Below, piece after piece: positions 31,180-41,208 of a DNA stretch of 64,000 nt. The translations under genes and the position numbers were made by a program. The notes under the pieces are model-generated. The model did no database searches. It worked only from the letters and a program-made list of their open reading frames with translations, and had not been told where the DNA came from. This DNA comes from Fibrobacteria bacterium (lineage in GTDB: Bacteria > Fibrobacterota > Fibrobacteria > UBA11236 > JADFYW01): the NCBI GenBank assembly GCA_965261055.1, contig OZ253440.1:44726-108725 (forward strand), in the 5' to 3' direction. The stretch's first letter is position 1, and each line of letters opens with the position of its first letter.

Positions 31180-31438
31180 ATTTAGTTGATTTTTCAAAAA
31201 AATAGAATAAAAAATTGGGTAACTGTATACAAAAAATAGTTGTTTTAGTTCTTAAATCAAAGTATAGATTAGGTTATAAATTGAACATTAATATTTTCAG
31301 GTTCTCACTTTTCATATACAAACTATTATTGTAAGACAGAATTTAAAAAATTAGTTTATTGTAGGGTTTGACTTAATCCAGAGTTAAAGTTGATTTTATT
31401 TATGAAATTTCTACTATTGGATAATAGAAGCTTTTAAA

Positions 31439-31512
31439 TGCCCTTGGCAGGAATTGAACCTGCGACAACCAGTTTAGGAAACTAGTGCTCTATCCAACTG
31501 AGCTACAAGAGC
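31439..31512 (-). tRNA. tRNA-Arg(CCT)
   Basis: GCTCTTG/CAAGGGC acceptor, D arm GCTC..GAGC, anticodon loop TTCCTAA, T arm GCAGG-TTCAATT-CCTGC. Confidence 0.95.
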
Positions 31513-31591
31513 AATGATTTAAAATTGTGGAAAAACTAGCTTTTTTAGAGAGTTGTAACATAAAAACTCTCATAAATTGATGAGAATTATT

Positions 31592-33061
31592 TTATTTTTG
31601 TAGCCATTTTTGAATAAAATTTAAACAGTCTGTATTCAATTTTTGAACGCGTTCCAAAGTATTAGCTTCATTATAGCATCTTAATTCTGGAGCGTTTCCA
31701 GAAGGACGAATGTAGATAACTTCTTCATTTTCAAAAGTAAGTCTTAAACCGTCAATTTGATTAATATCTTTAAGTGTTCCAGAGAGAGTTTGAAATGCTG
31801 TTGTTTGATTTTCTAAAATCCATTTTAAAATACTTTGGCTTTTTGAAATAGAAACATTTTCAATCCGTTGGCTCATCGTATATCTTGATGGAAGAGAATT
31901 TGATAATTGAGAAAGGGTACATTGTTTTTCTTTGGCTAAACCTAGTAAGCCGACAAATACAATGAGAGCATCTCTTGTTGGCAAAGGGTTGAGTTTAAAT
32001 TTAGAACAATGACTGTGTAAGATAAAACCACCATTTGCTTCATAGCCCATGATATTTTTAAATCCTTGAGTGGAGGCTTCTATCATTTTTTCAATGACAA
32101 AAGGAGATCCAATGCGAGTGCGTTGTATTTTTTTGAATAGACTACTTTTTTCAATATTCGTATTACAGCTCATTGGAGTAGCAACGAAATCAGCATTTAA
32201 AAATTGACTGACTAAAGCTCCAGCGGTATCTCCTCTTAGCCATTGACCGTGTTCATCAAAAATTAAAGGTCGATCGCTATCTCCATCTGTAGAAAATAGA
32301 GCATCAAGTTGGTGTTCTTTTACCCACTTAGGAGCTTGATCAATGTCTTCTTGTCTTACGGCTTCTGTATCTACAGAAATAAATGTGTTTGATTTTCCTA
32401 GAGAGACAATTTTAGCACCTAAACTTTGTAAAATATCGGGTAATAGATAACGCCCTACAGCTGAATGTTGGAAAAAACCAATGCGGTATCCTTTTAAGAA
32501 AGAAGAACTAAATGATTTTAAAAAGCGTTGCCTGTATAATCTTTTGGCATCCGTTGTTGTCACAAAATCTTTTGAAGATACTGGGTTTTTAAAATTCCCT
32601 TCAGCATCAAACAGGTTTTCATCCCATTGGATGGATTGCTTTTTGAGGGTTGCTTCTTCGTGTTTTAATAATTCGCGATGGGCACGGTTAAATTTGATCC
32701 CGTTACGATCATTTGGAATATGACTTCCTGTAACCATAATAGAAGGAATTTTATTTTCGAAAGCATAGTATGCTAAGGTTGGGGTGGGAATAAATTCACA
32801 TAAAATAGGAGTGAATCCGCTATCTAGCACAGCTTGAGAGATTATGTTTATAATCCGAGGAGTACTCGATCGTAAATCACCTGCAATGGCAACTTTTTTT
32901 TGATTAAGGTCATCGCTATTGAATAACAAGTACTTTAAAAACCCTTGTGTGTAAAGATAGCAGATGGCATCTGTCATTTTTGAAACAAGACCGCGAGCTC
33001 CACTTGTGCCAAAAGTAACTTTACTTTGTTCCATTAGGCTTTCTATTGTTTGTTCTTTCAT
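31592..33061 (-). CDS. Phosphomannomutase (RfbK/ManB-like)
   Basis: FGTSGARG, TGSHIP, DGDSDRP, GYEANGG, RPSGNAPELRCY. Confidence 0.9.
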   Translation of the reverse strand: MKEQTIESLMEQSKVTFGTSGARGLVSKMTDAICYLYTQGFLKYLLFNSDDLNQKKVAIAGDLRSSTPRIINIISQAVLDSGFTPILCEFIPTPTLAYYAFENKIPSIMVTGSHIPNDRNGIKFNRAHRELLKHEEATLKKQSIQWDENLFDAEGNFKNPVSSKDFVTTTDAKRLYRQRFLKSFSSSFLKGYRIGFFQHSAVGRYLLPDILQSLGAKIVSLGKSNTFISVDTEAVRQEDIDQAPKWVKEHQLDALFSTDGDSDRPLIFDEHGQWLRGDTAGALVSQFLNADFVATPMSCNTNIEKSSLFKKIQRTRIGSPFVIEKMIEASTQGFKNIMGYEANGGFILHSHCSKFKLNPLPTRDALIVFVGLLGLAKEKQCTLSQLSNSLPSRYTMSQRIENVSISKSQSILKWILENQTTAFQTLSGTLKDINQIDGLRLTFENEEVIYIRPSGNAPELRCYNEANTLERVQKLNTDCLNFIQKWLQK

Positions 33062-33105
33062 TATTTTTTTTTACTATTAGGAGTTCACTTAGAAATTTAA
33101 TTTAT

Positions 33106-34695
33106 ATGTTAGACTTTTGGAAAGAAATAATAGTTAATGTTCAAAATCAAAAATCGAATCAAGATGCCATAGAAAAGATTAAAAAAATCACTTTTCAAGA
33201 CACAACATCGCATTTGATTGCTTTTGGTACTTCAGGTTGGAGATCCATTATTGGAAAAGAATATACAATTTATATGGTTCAAAAGTTAACAAGCTCAATT
33301 GTTGAACTGTATCAACAAAATAATAAGTCTCTTCAGCAATGGGGAATTGTTTCTTTTGAAGAATTACAAAAAAAAGGTATTGTTTTAGGTCATGACAATC
33401 GGTTGTTTGGATTTGAGTTTTCATTGGCTGTACATACTGTTTTAAATTCTTATGGAATACCTGTTTTTTATGCTGGAGAGGCAACAACGCCTGAGCTTTC
33501 AGCTGCTGTTGTTCAAAATGATTATGCGGCTTCTATCAACTTAACACCTAGTCATAATCCAGCTCCCTACGGTGGTTACAAATTTAATGCCAAAGATGGA
33601 GGTCCTGCCGAAGAAAAGGTAACCAACAGTATTACAAAAATATGTAATGAAGAAAGTTCTTTTGATGGTTTTGAATTACTATCTGAACCAAAATGGAAAG
33701 TTGTTGACTCTCTTCAAATTTACAGAGAATTTGTACAAGACAGGAAAGTTTTGGATTTAGATTTTTGTATTTCAGAAGTTAAAAAGGAAAAAGTAGCCTT
33801 AGCCATAGATCCTTTCTACGGTAGTTCCAAGGGAAAAATATTTAAACTATTAGATCGTCCGTTATACTTAAAGCAATTCCATACAGACCAAGATTTCTTT
33901 TTTAAAGGACATGATCCAGAACCTAATATCAAAAATTTAGAAGAGCTTAAAATCTATTTAGATTCTCAACCACACCAGTTAAAATTAGGTGGTATTATGG
34001 ATCCCGATGGTGATAGAGTTTTATTTTATGATGGACATCAAGTGATTCCAATGAATCAATTTGGAGCGATTGCTTTTCATTATTTTATAACGCACTTAAA
34101 TAAAGTTGGTGGGGTTGCAAAATCTGTTGCAACCAGTGATTTTGTAAAATTTGTAGCTAAAAAATTAAACTCAAATTGTTATGAAACAGCAATTGGTTTT
34201 AAAAATTTTAGAAAATATTTAGAAAAAGGTAGTGAACATAAGGCTTTAATTTGTTTTGAAGAGAGTGATGGAATTTCAGCATACGGACACACTAAAGAAA
34301 AAGATGCCTTATTTGGATATTTATTAGCCATTGAAATAACAATGCGTTTAAAGAAACCGTTAAGTGTTTATTTAAGTGAAATTCAAAAAGAAGTTGGTAT
34401 GTGTTTTCCTTTAAAAAAAGGGATTGAAATAACAGAAGAAAAAATGTTAGAGGTGAAAAGCCATATTAAATTACTTACTGAAACTTATTGCTTAAAAACA
34501 GTATTAAAAATACAGGGGAAAGATTTAGAAATCATAGACTTTGATTTAACAGATGGTACAAAATGGATTTTGGAGGATGGCAGTTGGTTTTTAATACGCC
34601 CTTCAGGAACAGAGTCTAAAATTCGTATTTACACAGAAGGTCATTCATTAGAACAATCACAAGCTTTGTTTAATATTGTTAAAGAGTGGTTTTAA
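33106..34695 (+). CDS. Phosphoglucomutase/phosphomannomutase family protein
   Basis: FGTSGWR, TPSHNP, DPDGDR, GFK, FEESDG, RPSGTESKIRIY; start uncertain. Confidence 0.88.
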   Translation: MLDFWKEIIVNVQNQKSNQDAIEKIKKITFQDTTSHLIAFGTSGWRSIIGKEYTIYMVQKLTSSIVELYQQNNKSLQQWGIVSFEELQKKGIVLGHDNRLFGFEFSLAVHTVLNSYGIPVFYAGEATTPELSAAVVQNDYAASINLTPSHNPAPYGGYKFNAKDGGPAEEKVTNSITKICNEESSFDGFELLSEPKWKVVDSLQIYREFVQDRKVLDLDFCISEVKKEKVALAIDPFYGSSKGKIFKLLDRPLYLKQFHTDQDFFFKGHDPEPNIKNLEELKIYLDSQPHQLKLGGIMDPDGDRVLFYDGHQVIPMNQFGAIAFHYFITHLNKVGGVAKSVATSDFVKFVAKKLNSNCYETAIGFKNFRKYLEKGSEHKALICFEESDGISAYGHTKEKDALFGYLLAIEITMRLKKPLSVYLSEIQKEVGMCFPLKKGIEITEEKMLEVKSHIKLLTETYCLKTVLKIQGKDLEIIDFDLTDGTKWILEDGSWFLIRPSGTESKIRIYTEGHSLEQSQALFNIVKEWF

Positions 34696-34740
34696 CTCTT
34701 TTTCTTAAAAGAGATTTAGTTCAAAATCAAGTGGTTATTT

Positions 34741-35874
34741 TTAGTGAACTTTTTTGTGTTTAATTTCTCTTTTGGGATCAAAGGCAGACATATCAAAATC
34801 AGGTGTTTGATTAGATAACATTTGGGACAAACAGAGGGCAGAGTAGGGAATCATTCCGACTCCGCATTTGTAATGTCCTGTTAAAATAGCAAGGCGTTTG
34901 TTTTCATCTAAGAAACCAATCATGGGCATACGATCTTTTACTTTAGGTCTTAAACCATTCCAATGTTGTAAAGGTTGTATAGGATTCTCTATTTGAACAA
35001 ATTGAGAAAGGTAATTTTTAAGGTTTTGGAAATGTTCTGGGCTATCGTTTATATTCCAACTGTTTTCTGAAGTAGATCCGACAAGAAGATTTTTTCCACG
35101 AGGGACAATACATAAGCCTCTGTTATAATGTAAAAAAGTATTTTCTGTATAAAAGCGAGGGATTAAGAAACTCATGCCTTTAACGGCTGATATAAAAGAA
35201 GTGTAGCCTAGATTTTGTAAGAGATAATGACTATGAGCACCTGCGGCAATGACTAATCTTTCACAGGTGATTTCTTTAAAATTTTCTTGATGTTTAAATT
35301 GAAGTTGGACAATATCAGGAATAATTTCTTGAATCGTTGCATTTTCAAAAAAAGAAACATCTTGATTTAAACAAAATTGTTTTAATCCTTTAAGTAGGAG
35401 GTGTATATCAATGAATGACTCTTTAGGATAGGAAATGCATTGCATATTTTGATGTTGTAGATGTTGCTTTAAAGGTAGGTCATCTAGAATTTTAAAGTCT
35501 AAAGATTTTTCTCTTGTCAGTTTTCGTATTTCGTTATTAAAATATCTTTTACCCTCTTCCAAATTAAAATCAAAAAAATGGTATTGACCCGTTTGTTTGC
35601 ATTGAATTGGAGTTGCCAAAGTTTGGTTTAATTTTTTTAGCCATTGAGGGTAATACTCAACTGCTTTAATTTGCAATCGGCGAAAATCTGAAAAGAATTG
35701 GGTGGAGCCTCGATGCATAAAGACACCTGTCGCTGCTAAAGAAGTAGGCTGTTTATCTAAAGTACCTTTTTCAATGACTGCGATCTTCTTATCTAAACTA
35801 GCTTGAAAACTGGCTAGAGAAAGACCCGCAAGCCCTCCACCAATAATGACAACATCAAATTTGGAGGTATTCAA
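34741..35874 (-). CDS. FAD-dependent oxidoreductase, DAO / glycine oxidase (ThiO)-like
   Basis: GGGLAGLS, TSLAATG, VKG, GLRP...PMIG, GHYKCG; specific function not assignable. Confidence 0.8.
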   Translation of the reverse strand: MNTSKFDVVIIGGGLAGLSLASFQASLDKKIAVIEKGTLDKQPTSLAATGVFMHRGSTQFFSDFRRLQIKAVEYYPQWLKKLNQTLATPIQCKQTGQYHFFDFNLEEGKRYFNNEIRKLTREKSLDFKILDDLPLKQHLQHQNMQCISYPKESFIDIHLLLKGLKQFCLNQDVSFFENATIQEIIPDIVQLQFKHQENFKEITCERLVIAAGAHSHYLLQNLGYTSFISAVKGMSFLIPRFYTENTFLHYNRGLCIVPRGKNLLVGSTSENSWNINDSPEHFQNLKNYLSQFVQIENPIQPLQHWNGLRPKVKDRMPMIGFLDENKRLAILTGHYKCGVGMIPYSALCLSQMLSNQTPDFDMSAFDPKREIKHKKVH

Positions 35875-35877
35875 AAA

Positions 35878-38355
35878 TTATTTAGTTTCTTTTAGGACAG
35901 CTTTTTTTTCTAAAGCTTTATAAGAAAAAGTTAATTTTTTGTTTTTAACAGATATTTTAACTAGAGAGTGATCTTGTAATTTTTCTTTTAAAATATCTTC
36001 AGCTAAAATATCTTCAATCATGGACTGAATTTTACGGTTTAAAGGTCGAGCACCTAAGACAGGATCAAATCCGTTTTCGGCAATTAAGTTATAAGCGGAT
36101 ATATTCAATTGAAGTTCAATTTTTCTGTCTAGCAATCGAATTTGTAAATCGGCAATTAAATTTTTGACGATTATAATCATACTTGCTTTGTCAAAAGGTT
36201 TAAAGATGATTTGTTCATCTAAACGATTAATGAATTCAGGTGTGAATATTTTTTTCACTTCGGTTTCAGCTGCTTTTTTGATTTGTTGAAAAGCATCTGA
36301 GTTATCTTTTGTTCCAAACCCCATTGATTTAAATTTTAAATCTCGCATGCCTAAATTGGATGTCATAATGATTAAGGTATTTTTAAAGTTTACTTTGCGA
36401 CCATAGCTGTCTGTTAAATGACCTTCATCCATAACTTGAAGTAATAAATTAAAAATATCAGGATGGGCTTTCTCGATTTCATCTAGTAAAATTAAAGAAT
36501 AAGGTTTTTTGCGTATTTTTTCAGTGAGTTGCCCACCTTCCTCGTAACCTACATATCCTGGAGGAGCTCCGACTAAGCGAGAAACAGAAAATTTTTCCAT
36601 GTATTCACTCATGTCAACTCGAACGATTGAGTCTTGAAATCCAAATAAATAATTTGCTAATTGCTTGGCAAGTTCTGTTTTACCAACGCCTGTAGAACCT
36701 AAAAATAAGAAACAACCCATCGGTCTCGATGTGTTCTGAACACCAGCTCGAACACGGCAAATGGCACGACTAACAGAATCAATTGCGTATTTTTGCCCTA
36801 TGACTCTTTGTTTTAAAATAGATGCCATTTTTAATAAACGATTTGATTCTTCTTGGTTTACATTAACCAAAGTAATTCCAGTTAAATCAGAAACAACTTG
36901 TTTAATTGTATTTTCTGTGACTTTTAGAGTTTCTGTTTTCTGTTTTTCTCTCCATTCATCTTTTAGAGTTTTCAATTCTTTCTCTAGTTTTTCTTGTTTA
37001 TCACGGTAATCAGCAGCAAGTTCATAATCTTGATTTTTGACAGCTGCTTCTTTATCTTTTAGAATATGTTCATATTCAAATTCTTTATTTTTAAGATTTG
37101 GAGGCGTTTTTAAGCTACTAAGCCTGACTTGTGCTCCAGCTTCGTCAATAACATCAATTGATTTATCTGGTTGAAAACGATTGATAATGTATTTTTCTGA
37201 CAAATTGACGGCAAGTTCCAGAGACTTGTAATCATAGGTGATTTGGTGATGGTCTTCGTACTTTGATTTTAACCCTTGAATGATTTCTAAAGTTTCATGG
37301 GTTGAAGGTGGGTTGACTAAAATAGACTGAAAGCGTCTTTCTAAAGCACCATCTTTTTCAATATTTTTACGGTGTTCATCTAAGGTGGTTGCTCCAATAC
37401 ATTGTATTTCTCCACGAGCAAGAGCTGGTTTGAAAATATTAGAAGCATCAAGAGACCCTTCGGAACCTCCTGCACCGACAATGGTGTGTATTTCATCAAT
37501 AAAGATGATGATGTTTTTGTTTAGCTCAAGCTCTTCAATTAATGTTTTGATGCGTTCTTCAAATTGACCACGATATTTTGTACCAGCAACAACTCCACCC
37601 ATATCTAAACTAATGACTTTTTTATCTTCTAAAATTTCAGGGATATCTTTATCAATAATGCGTTGAGCTAATCCTTCAATAATTGCAGTTTTTCCAACTC
37701 CTGGTTCTCCAATCAAAATCGGGTTGTTTTTTTTACGGCGACACAAAATTTGAATGATACGGTCTATTTCTTTTTGACGACCGATAAGAGGATCTAACTC
37801 CCCATTACGGGCTAGTTCTGTTAAGTCACGCCCAAAATGATCTAAAAAGACTGTTTTTGATGTACGGCTGTCACCTGATTGTGCCACATGGATACTTCCA
37901 ATCTCATTGGATCCTTGTAAAATTTTTAGAATTTCTTGTTTGGCACTTTCATAGTTAATGCCTACATTTGAAAGAATTGTTAAAGCTGGAGATTCTGTGT
38001 CTTTCAAGAGGGCTAAAAACAAATGTTCTGTTCCGATATAACGGTGTTCCATTGCTTTTGCTTCGTCAAAGCTCATGTCCAAAATCTTTTTAGCTCTAGC
38101 GGTAAACGGCAAAATTTGGCTAATGGTCATCATTCCACCAGGATTGACCATAGATGGAGAGCGTTCAACCGTTTGTGCGAGCTCTTCAACATCAATATTT
38201 AGGTTCTTAAGAGCAATAATAGCAATACCTTGCCCTTCTCTTATAAGACCTAGAAGTAGGTGTTCTGTTCCTACATAGTCGCTTCCTAAACGGATGGATT
38301 CTTGACGAGCTAATTGAATTACCTTTTTAACACGGTCTGTAAATTTTCCATTCAT
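35878..38355 (-). CDS. clpC: ATP-dependent Clp protease ATPase subunit ClpC
   Basis: Two Clp-N repeats, [11 protein letters not shown]-type coil, [20 protein letters not shown]; RBS AGGAG before ATG 38355. Confidence 0.95.
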   Translation of the reverse strand: MNGKFTDRVKKVIQLARQESIRLGSDYVGTEHLLLGLIREGQGIAIIALKNLNIDVEELAQTVERSPSMVNPGGMMTISQILPFTARAKKILDMSFDEAKAMEHRYIGTEHLFLALLKDTESPALTILSNVGINYESAKQEILKILQGSNEIGSIHVAQSGDSRTSKTVFLDHFGRDLTELARNGELDPLIGRQKEIDRIIQILCRRKKNNPILIGEPGVGKTAIIEGLAQRIIDKDIPEILEDKKVISLDMGGVVAGTKYRGQFEERIKTLIEELELNKNIIIFIDEIHTIVGAGGSEGSLDASNIFKPALARGEIQCIGATTLDEHRKNIEKDGALERRFQSILVNPPSTHETLEIIQGLKSKYEDHHQITYDYKSLELAVNLSEKYIINRFQPDKSIDVIDEAGAQVRLSSLKTPPNLKNKEFEYEHILKDKEAAVKNQDYELAADYRDKQEKLEKELKTLKDEWREKQKTETLKVTENTIKQVVSDLTGITLVNVNQEESNRLLKMASILKQRVIGQKYAIDSVSRAICRVRAGVQNTSRPMGCFLFLGSTGVGKTELAKQLANYLFGFQDSIVRVDMSEYMEKFSVSRLVGAPPGYVGYEEGGQLTEKIRKKPYSLILLDEIEKAHPDIFNLLLQVMDEGHLTDSYGRKVNFKNTLIIMTSNLGMRDLKFKSMGFGTKDNSDAFQQIKKAAETEVKKIFTPEFINRLDEQIIFKPFDKASMIIIVKNLIADLQIRLLDRKIELQLNISAYNLIAENGFDPVLGARPLNRKIQSMIEDILAEDILKEKLQDHSLVKISVKNKKLTFSYKALEKKAVLKETK

Positions 38356-38413
38356 ATTATTTCTCCTAAAGAACAAAAATAATCAATATATAGAGTGTCC
38401 TCAATTGAAAACT

Positions 38414-38797
38414 TCAAATTTGTTGATATTTGATATAAGGCGTAGAAAGCCACTGATTTTTAAAGTCAATGGCATTAAAGCCAACGGTAATTTTTTGATT
38501 AAAATGTAAAAAAGGTCTTTTAATTAATTTACTGTCGGATGAAAGTAAATCAATTAATTCAGTTTCATTTAAGTTGGGTAAGATATTTTTGATTTGCTTC
38601 TCTCTATAAATAACACCACTTGTATTAAAAACAAATGATTTTTTTTGAGGATTTAAATTGATCGCTATTTTAAAAGCTTGTTTAGATGGAATTTGTACTG
38701 TAATGTCTATAAACTCATAAGGGACAAGGTTCTCTTTTAAGAACTTTTCAGCTTTATTTGAGGTAGAGCATTTTTTGTAACCGTAGAATTTTAACAT
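38414..38797 (-). CDS. ArsC/Spx/YffB family protein
   Basis: YGYKKCSTSNKA, FNTSG..YR, LIKRP. Confidence 0.85.
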   Translation of the reverse strand: MLKFYGYKKCSTSNKAEKFLKENLVPYEFIDITVQIPSKQAFKIAINLNPQKKSFVFNTSGVIYREKQIKNILPNLNETELIDLLSSDSKLIKRPFLHFNQKITVGFNAIDFKNQWLSTPYIKYQQI

Positions 38798-38824
38798 AAG
38801 ATTTTAGTCAGAATTGTTTTTAAG

Positions 38825-40258
38825 TTATCGAGAAAAGGTATTCCATTTTTTTAGTATTTTAAAAACCCAACTAGGAATGATTCTCTTTTGTTGTTTAATA
38901 GCCACTAGGCGATTTACTTCGGAGAAAGTAGGGTAGCTGTGAAGCGTATTTATAATTTTCCGCAAGCCTAATTTGTGTTTCATTGCAAAAGTAATTTCGG
39001 TAATAATTTCTCCAGCATGTTCTCCAACAATTGTTGCCCCCAAGATTTTATCTTTTTTAGGTTGTGTTAAAACTTTAATAAAACCTTCTAGATGCCCATC
39101 TATAATGGCTCTATCCAATTCTTTGAATTTGAATAGAGTTACTTTGTAAGGAATTCCTTTTGTTTGTGCCGATTGTTCGTTGAGTCCAACTTGAGCTATT
39201 TGAGGGTGTGTAAAAGTTGTATATGGAATAACATTTTCTTTGACTTTGACTTTTTTAAAAGGTCTAAATAAAGAATTAACCACCGCATAGTAAGCATGAT
39301 GAGACGCTATATGAGTAAATTGATGTCGTCCAGCAACGTCACCACACACAAAAATATTTGGGATGTTAGTTTGTAAAAACTGATTAGTAAAAAGGCGTTG
39401 TTGATCGTTTAGGTGTACCCCAGCATTTTCTAAACCGATGTTTTGAGTATTAGGTTTTTTACCTAAAGTCAGTAATATACAATCAAAAGAAATAGAAGCT
39501 GTTCCATTTTGAGTTTGACAGAGTAAAGAAGGTTTAGAATTATTGATTCTAAATGAGTCAGGTAAGTGGTTTTTTAAAAGAGTCACATCATCTTTTTCAA
39601 GTTGTACTTCAATTGATTTGCTTACATCTTTATCTTCTTGATGTAAAATATGAGAACCTTGTTCAATAAGAGTTATAGAAATACCCAAACGAGAAAATGT
39701 TTGGGAAAATTCACATCCAATAGGTCCTGCTCCTAAAATAAGCATTTTTTTAGGTGTTTTTTTCAAAGACCAAATTGTGTCACTTGTATAATAGGGAATA
39801 TTTTCTAACCCTTTAATATCAGGGATAATTGGTTTTGCTCCTGTAGCAACGATAATATTTTTAGTTGTGAGAATCTGTTCATCTACTTCAACACGGTGTT
39901 TGTCTAAAATAAGAGCTTCACCTTTAAAACATTCAACACCCATTTTTTTATAGCGTTCTACAGAATCGTGAGGTGCCATCTCTTGGATTAATTTTTGTGT
40001 GTATTTTAAAATGTCTTGAAAATCATAATCTATTGTAATGTTTTTAAGACCGTATTTTTTAGCTTTGTTTTGATATGAAACAATATCTGCAGTTTTAATG
40101 ATAGCTTTACTAGGAACACAGCCCGTATTTAAGCAACCGCCTCCCATTTTTGATTTTTCAATGATAGCAACACGAGCCTTGAATGTTTTGGCAATTTGAG
40201 CGGCAGATAATCCAGCAGATCCGCCTCCGATAATGACTATATTGTAGTGGTATTTCAT
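38825..40258 (-). CDS. Flavoprotein disulfide reductase (MerA/LpdA-like, no metal-binding Cys pair)
   Basis: GGGSAG, GGGCLNTGCVPSK, GAGPIGCE, GDVAG, HSYPTFSE. Confidence 0.88.
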   Translation of the reverse strand: MKYHYNIVIIGGGSAGLSAAQIAKTFKARVAIIEKSKMGGGCLNTGCVPSKAIIKTADIVSYQNKAKKYGLKNITIDYDFQDILKYTQKLIQEMAPHDSVERYKKMGVECFKGEALILDKHRVEVDEQILTTKNIIVATGAKPIIPDIKGLENIPYYTSDTIWSLKKTPKKMLILGAGPIGCEFSQTFSRLGISITLIEQGSHILHQEDKDVSKSIEVQLEKDDVTLLKNHLPDSFRINNSKPSLLCQTQNGTASISFDCILLTLGKKPNTQNIGLENAGVHLNDQQRLFTNQFLQTNIPNIFVCGDVAGRHQFTHIASHHAYYAVVNSLFRPFKKVKVKENVIPYTTFTHPQIAQVGLNEQSAQTKGIPYKVTLFKFKELDRAIIDGHLEGFIKVLTQPKKDKILGATIVGEHAGEIITEITFAMKHKLGLRKIINTLHSYPTFSEVNRLVAIKQQKRIIPSWVFKILKKWNTFSR

Positions 40259-40431
40259 AGAGTTTAAGAGCTGTTAATCTATAAAATAAAGTAACTATCA
40301 ACAATAAAAGAAAAAGTGTTTAGGAAAGGTGTTTTGAAATAAAAAATATTGCATACAATAGGTATTGTGCTTTAGGCTCTAAAAGACAAAGAATAAATTC
40401 AAAATATTTTTGGGACTTATTTAAAATTGAT

Positions 40432-40465
40432 AGATATAGAAAATAAATAATTATTTTCTATATCT
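40432..40465. repeat. Perfect 15-bp inverted repeat with 4-nt spacer
   Basis: AGATATAGAAAATAA-ATAA-TTATTTTCTATATCT. Confidence 0.9.
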
Positions 40466-40577
40466 TAACTACAGTCGTAAACTAATACTTAACTAACGCT
40501 AAAACTTTTACTTGCCCTTAGTTTTAACTATTACACATTATATTTTACAAAGGAAAGAATATGTATAATTCAAAAAA

Positions 40578-40855
40578 ATGAAAAAATTATTATTTAATAT
40601 TATTAGTTTGTGTCTGTGATTTTTTCCCGAAAGAAAAAGGTTATATGGTTTAAAAAAGAGTGGTATTTTGAATGATGGAATTTGGTATAATCAACTATTT
40701 GTTTTTAATTGGGGATATTGGAGGCAAGTGGAAAAGATTATAATTATGATGTTTGTAAAGAGATTATAGATAGATGGAATCAAGAAGCTAAGCAATTAGG
40801 CGGAAAACAAGAATATAGGTGTTTACCTCAAACAAAATTATTTTTTGGAGATTAG
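40578..40855 (+). pseudogene. Remnant of a small exported/lipoprotein gene
   Basis: MKKLL..ILLVCVCDFF start, then out-of-frame ASGKDYNYDVCKEIIDRWNQEAKQLGGKQEYRCLPQ. Confidence 0.4.
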
Positions 40856-41030
40856 TTAAAAGTTTCTATTTTGGTGGTTGGTCTGATTAACTAACATCAT
40901 TTTTGATTAAAACCACATAAGCAACAGGCAGTAAAAATAATTAAGAAAATTGTTTTAATCGGTATTCAAATCCCCCATAAAATTTTGTATTTTGGTTGTT
41001 TATAATTAAGAACACAAGCTAATTTCCGAA

Positions 41031-41106
41031 TGGTGGAGTCTAGGAGAATTGAACTCCTGACTTTCACGCTGCCAGCGTGACGCTCTACCAACTGAGCTAA
41101 GACCCC
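41031..41106 (-). tRNA. tRNA-Ala(GGC)
   Basis: GGGGTCT/AGACTCC acceptor with encoded ACCA, anticodon arm TCACG-CTGGCAG-CGTGA, T arm CAGGAG-TTCAATT-CTCCT. Confidence 0.96.
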
Positions 41107-41208
41107 AATTAAGATTAGAAATTTATAAAATGTATAAAATATAGTCCTATTTTTTAATAAATTGAGTTAATAATTATTATTATGGTTAATAAATATAAAG
41201 GATTTAGA

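Noticed and set aside
40961-40978. GGTATTCAAATCCCCCAT resembling a tRNA T-arm fragment
   Set aside because: Too short, imperfect, opposite in orientation to tRNA-Ala and not matching its sequence.
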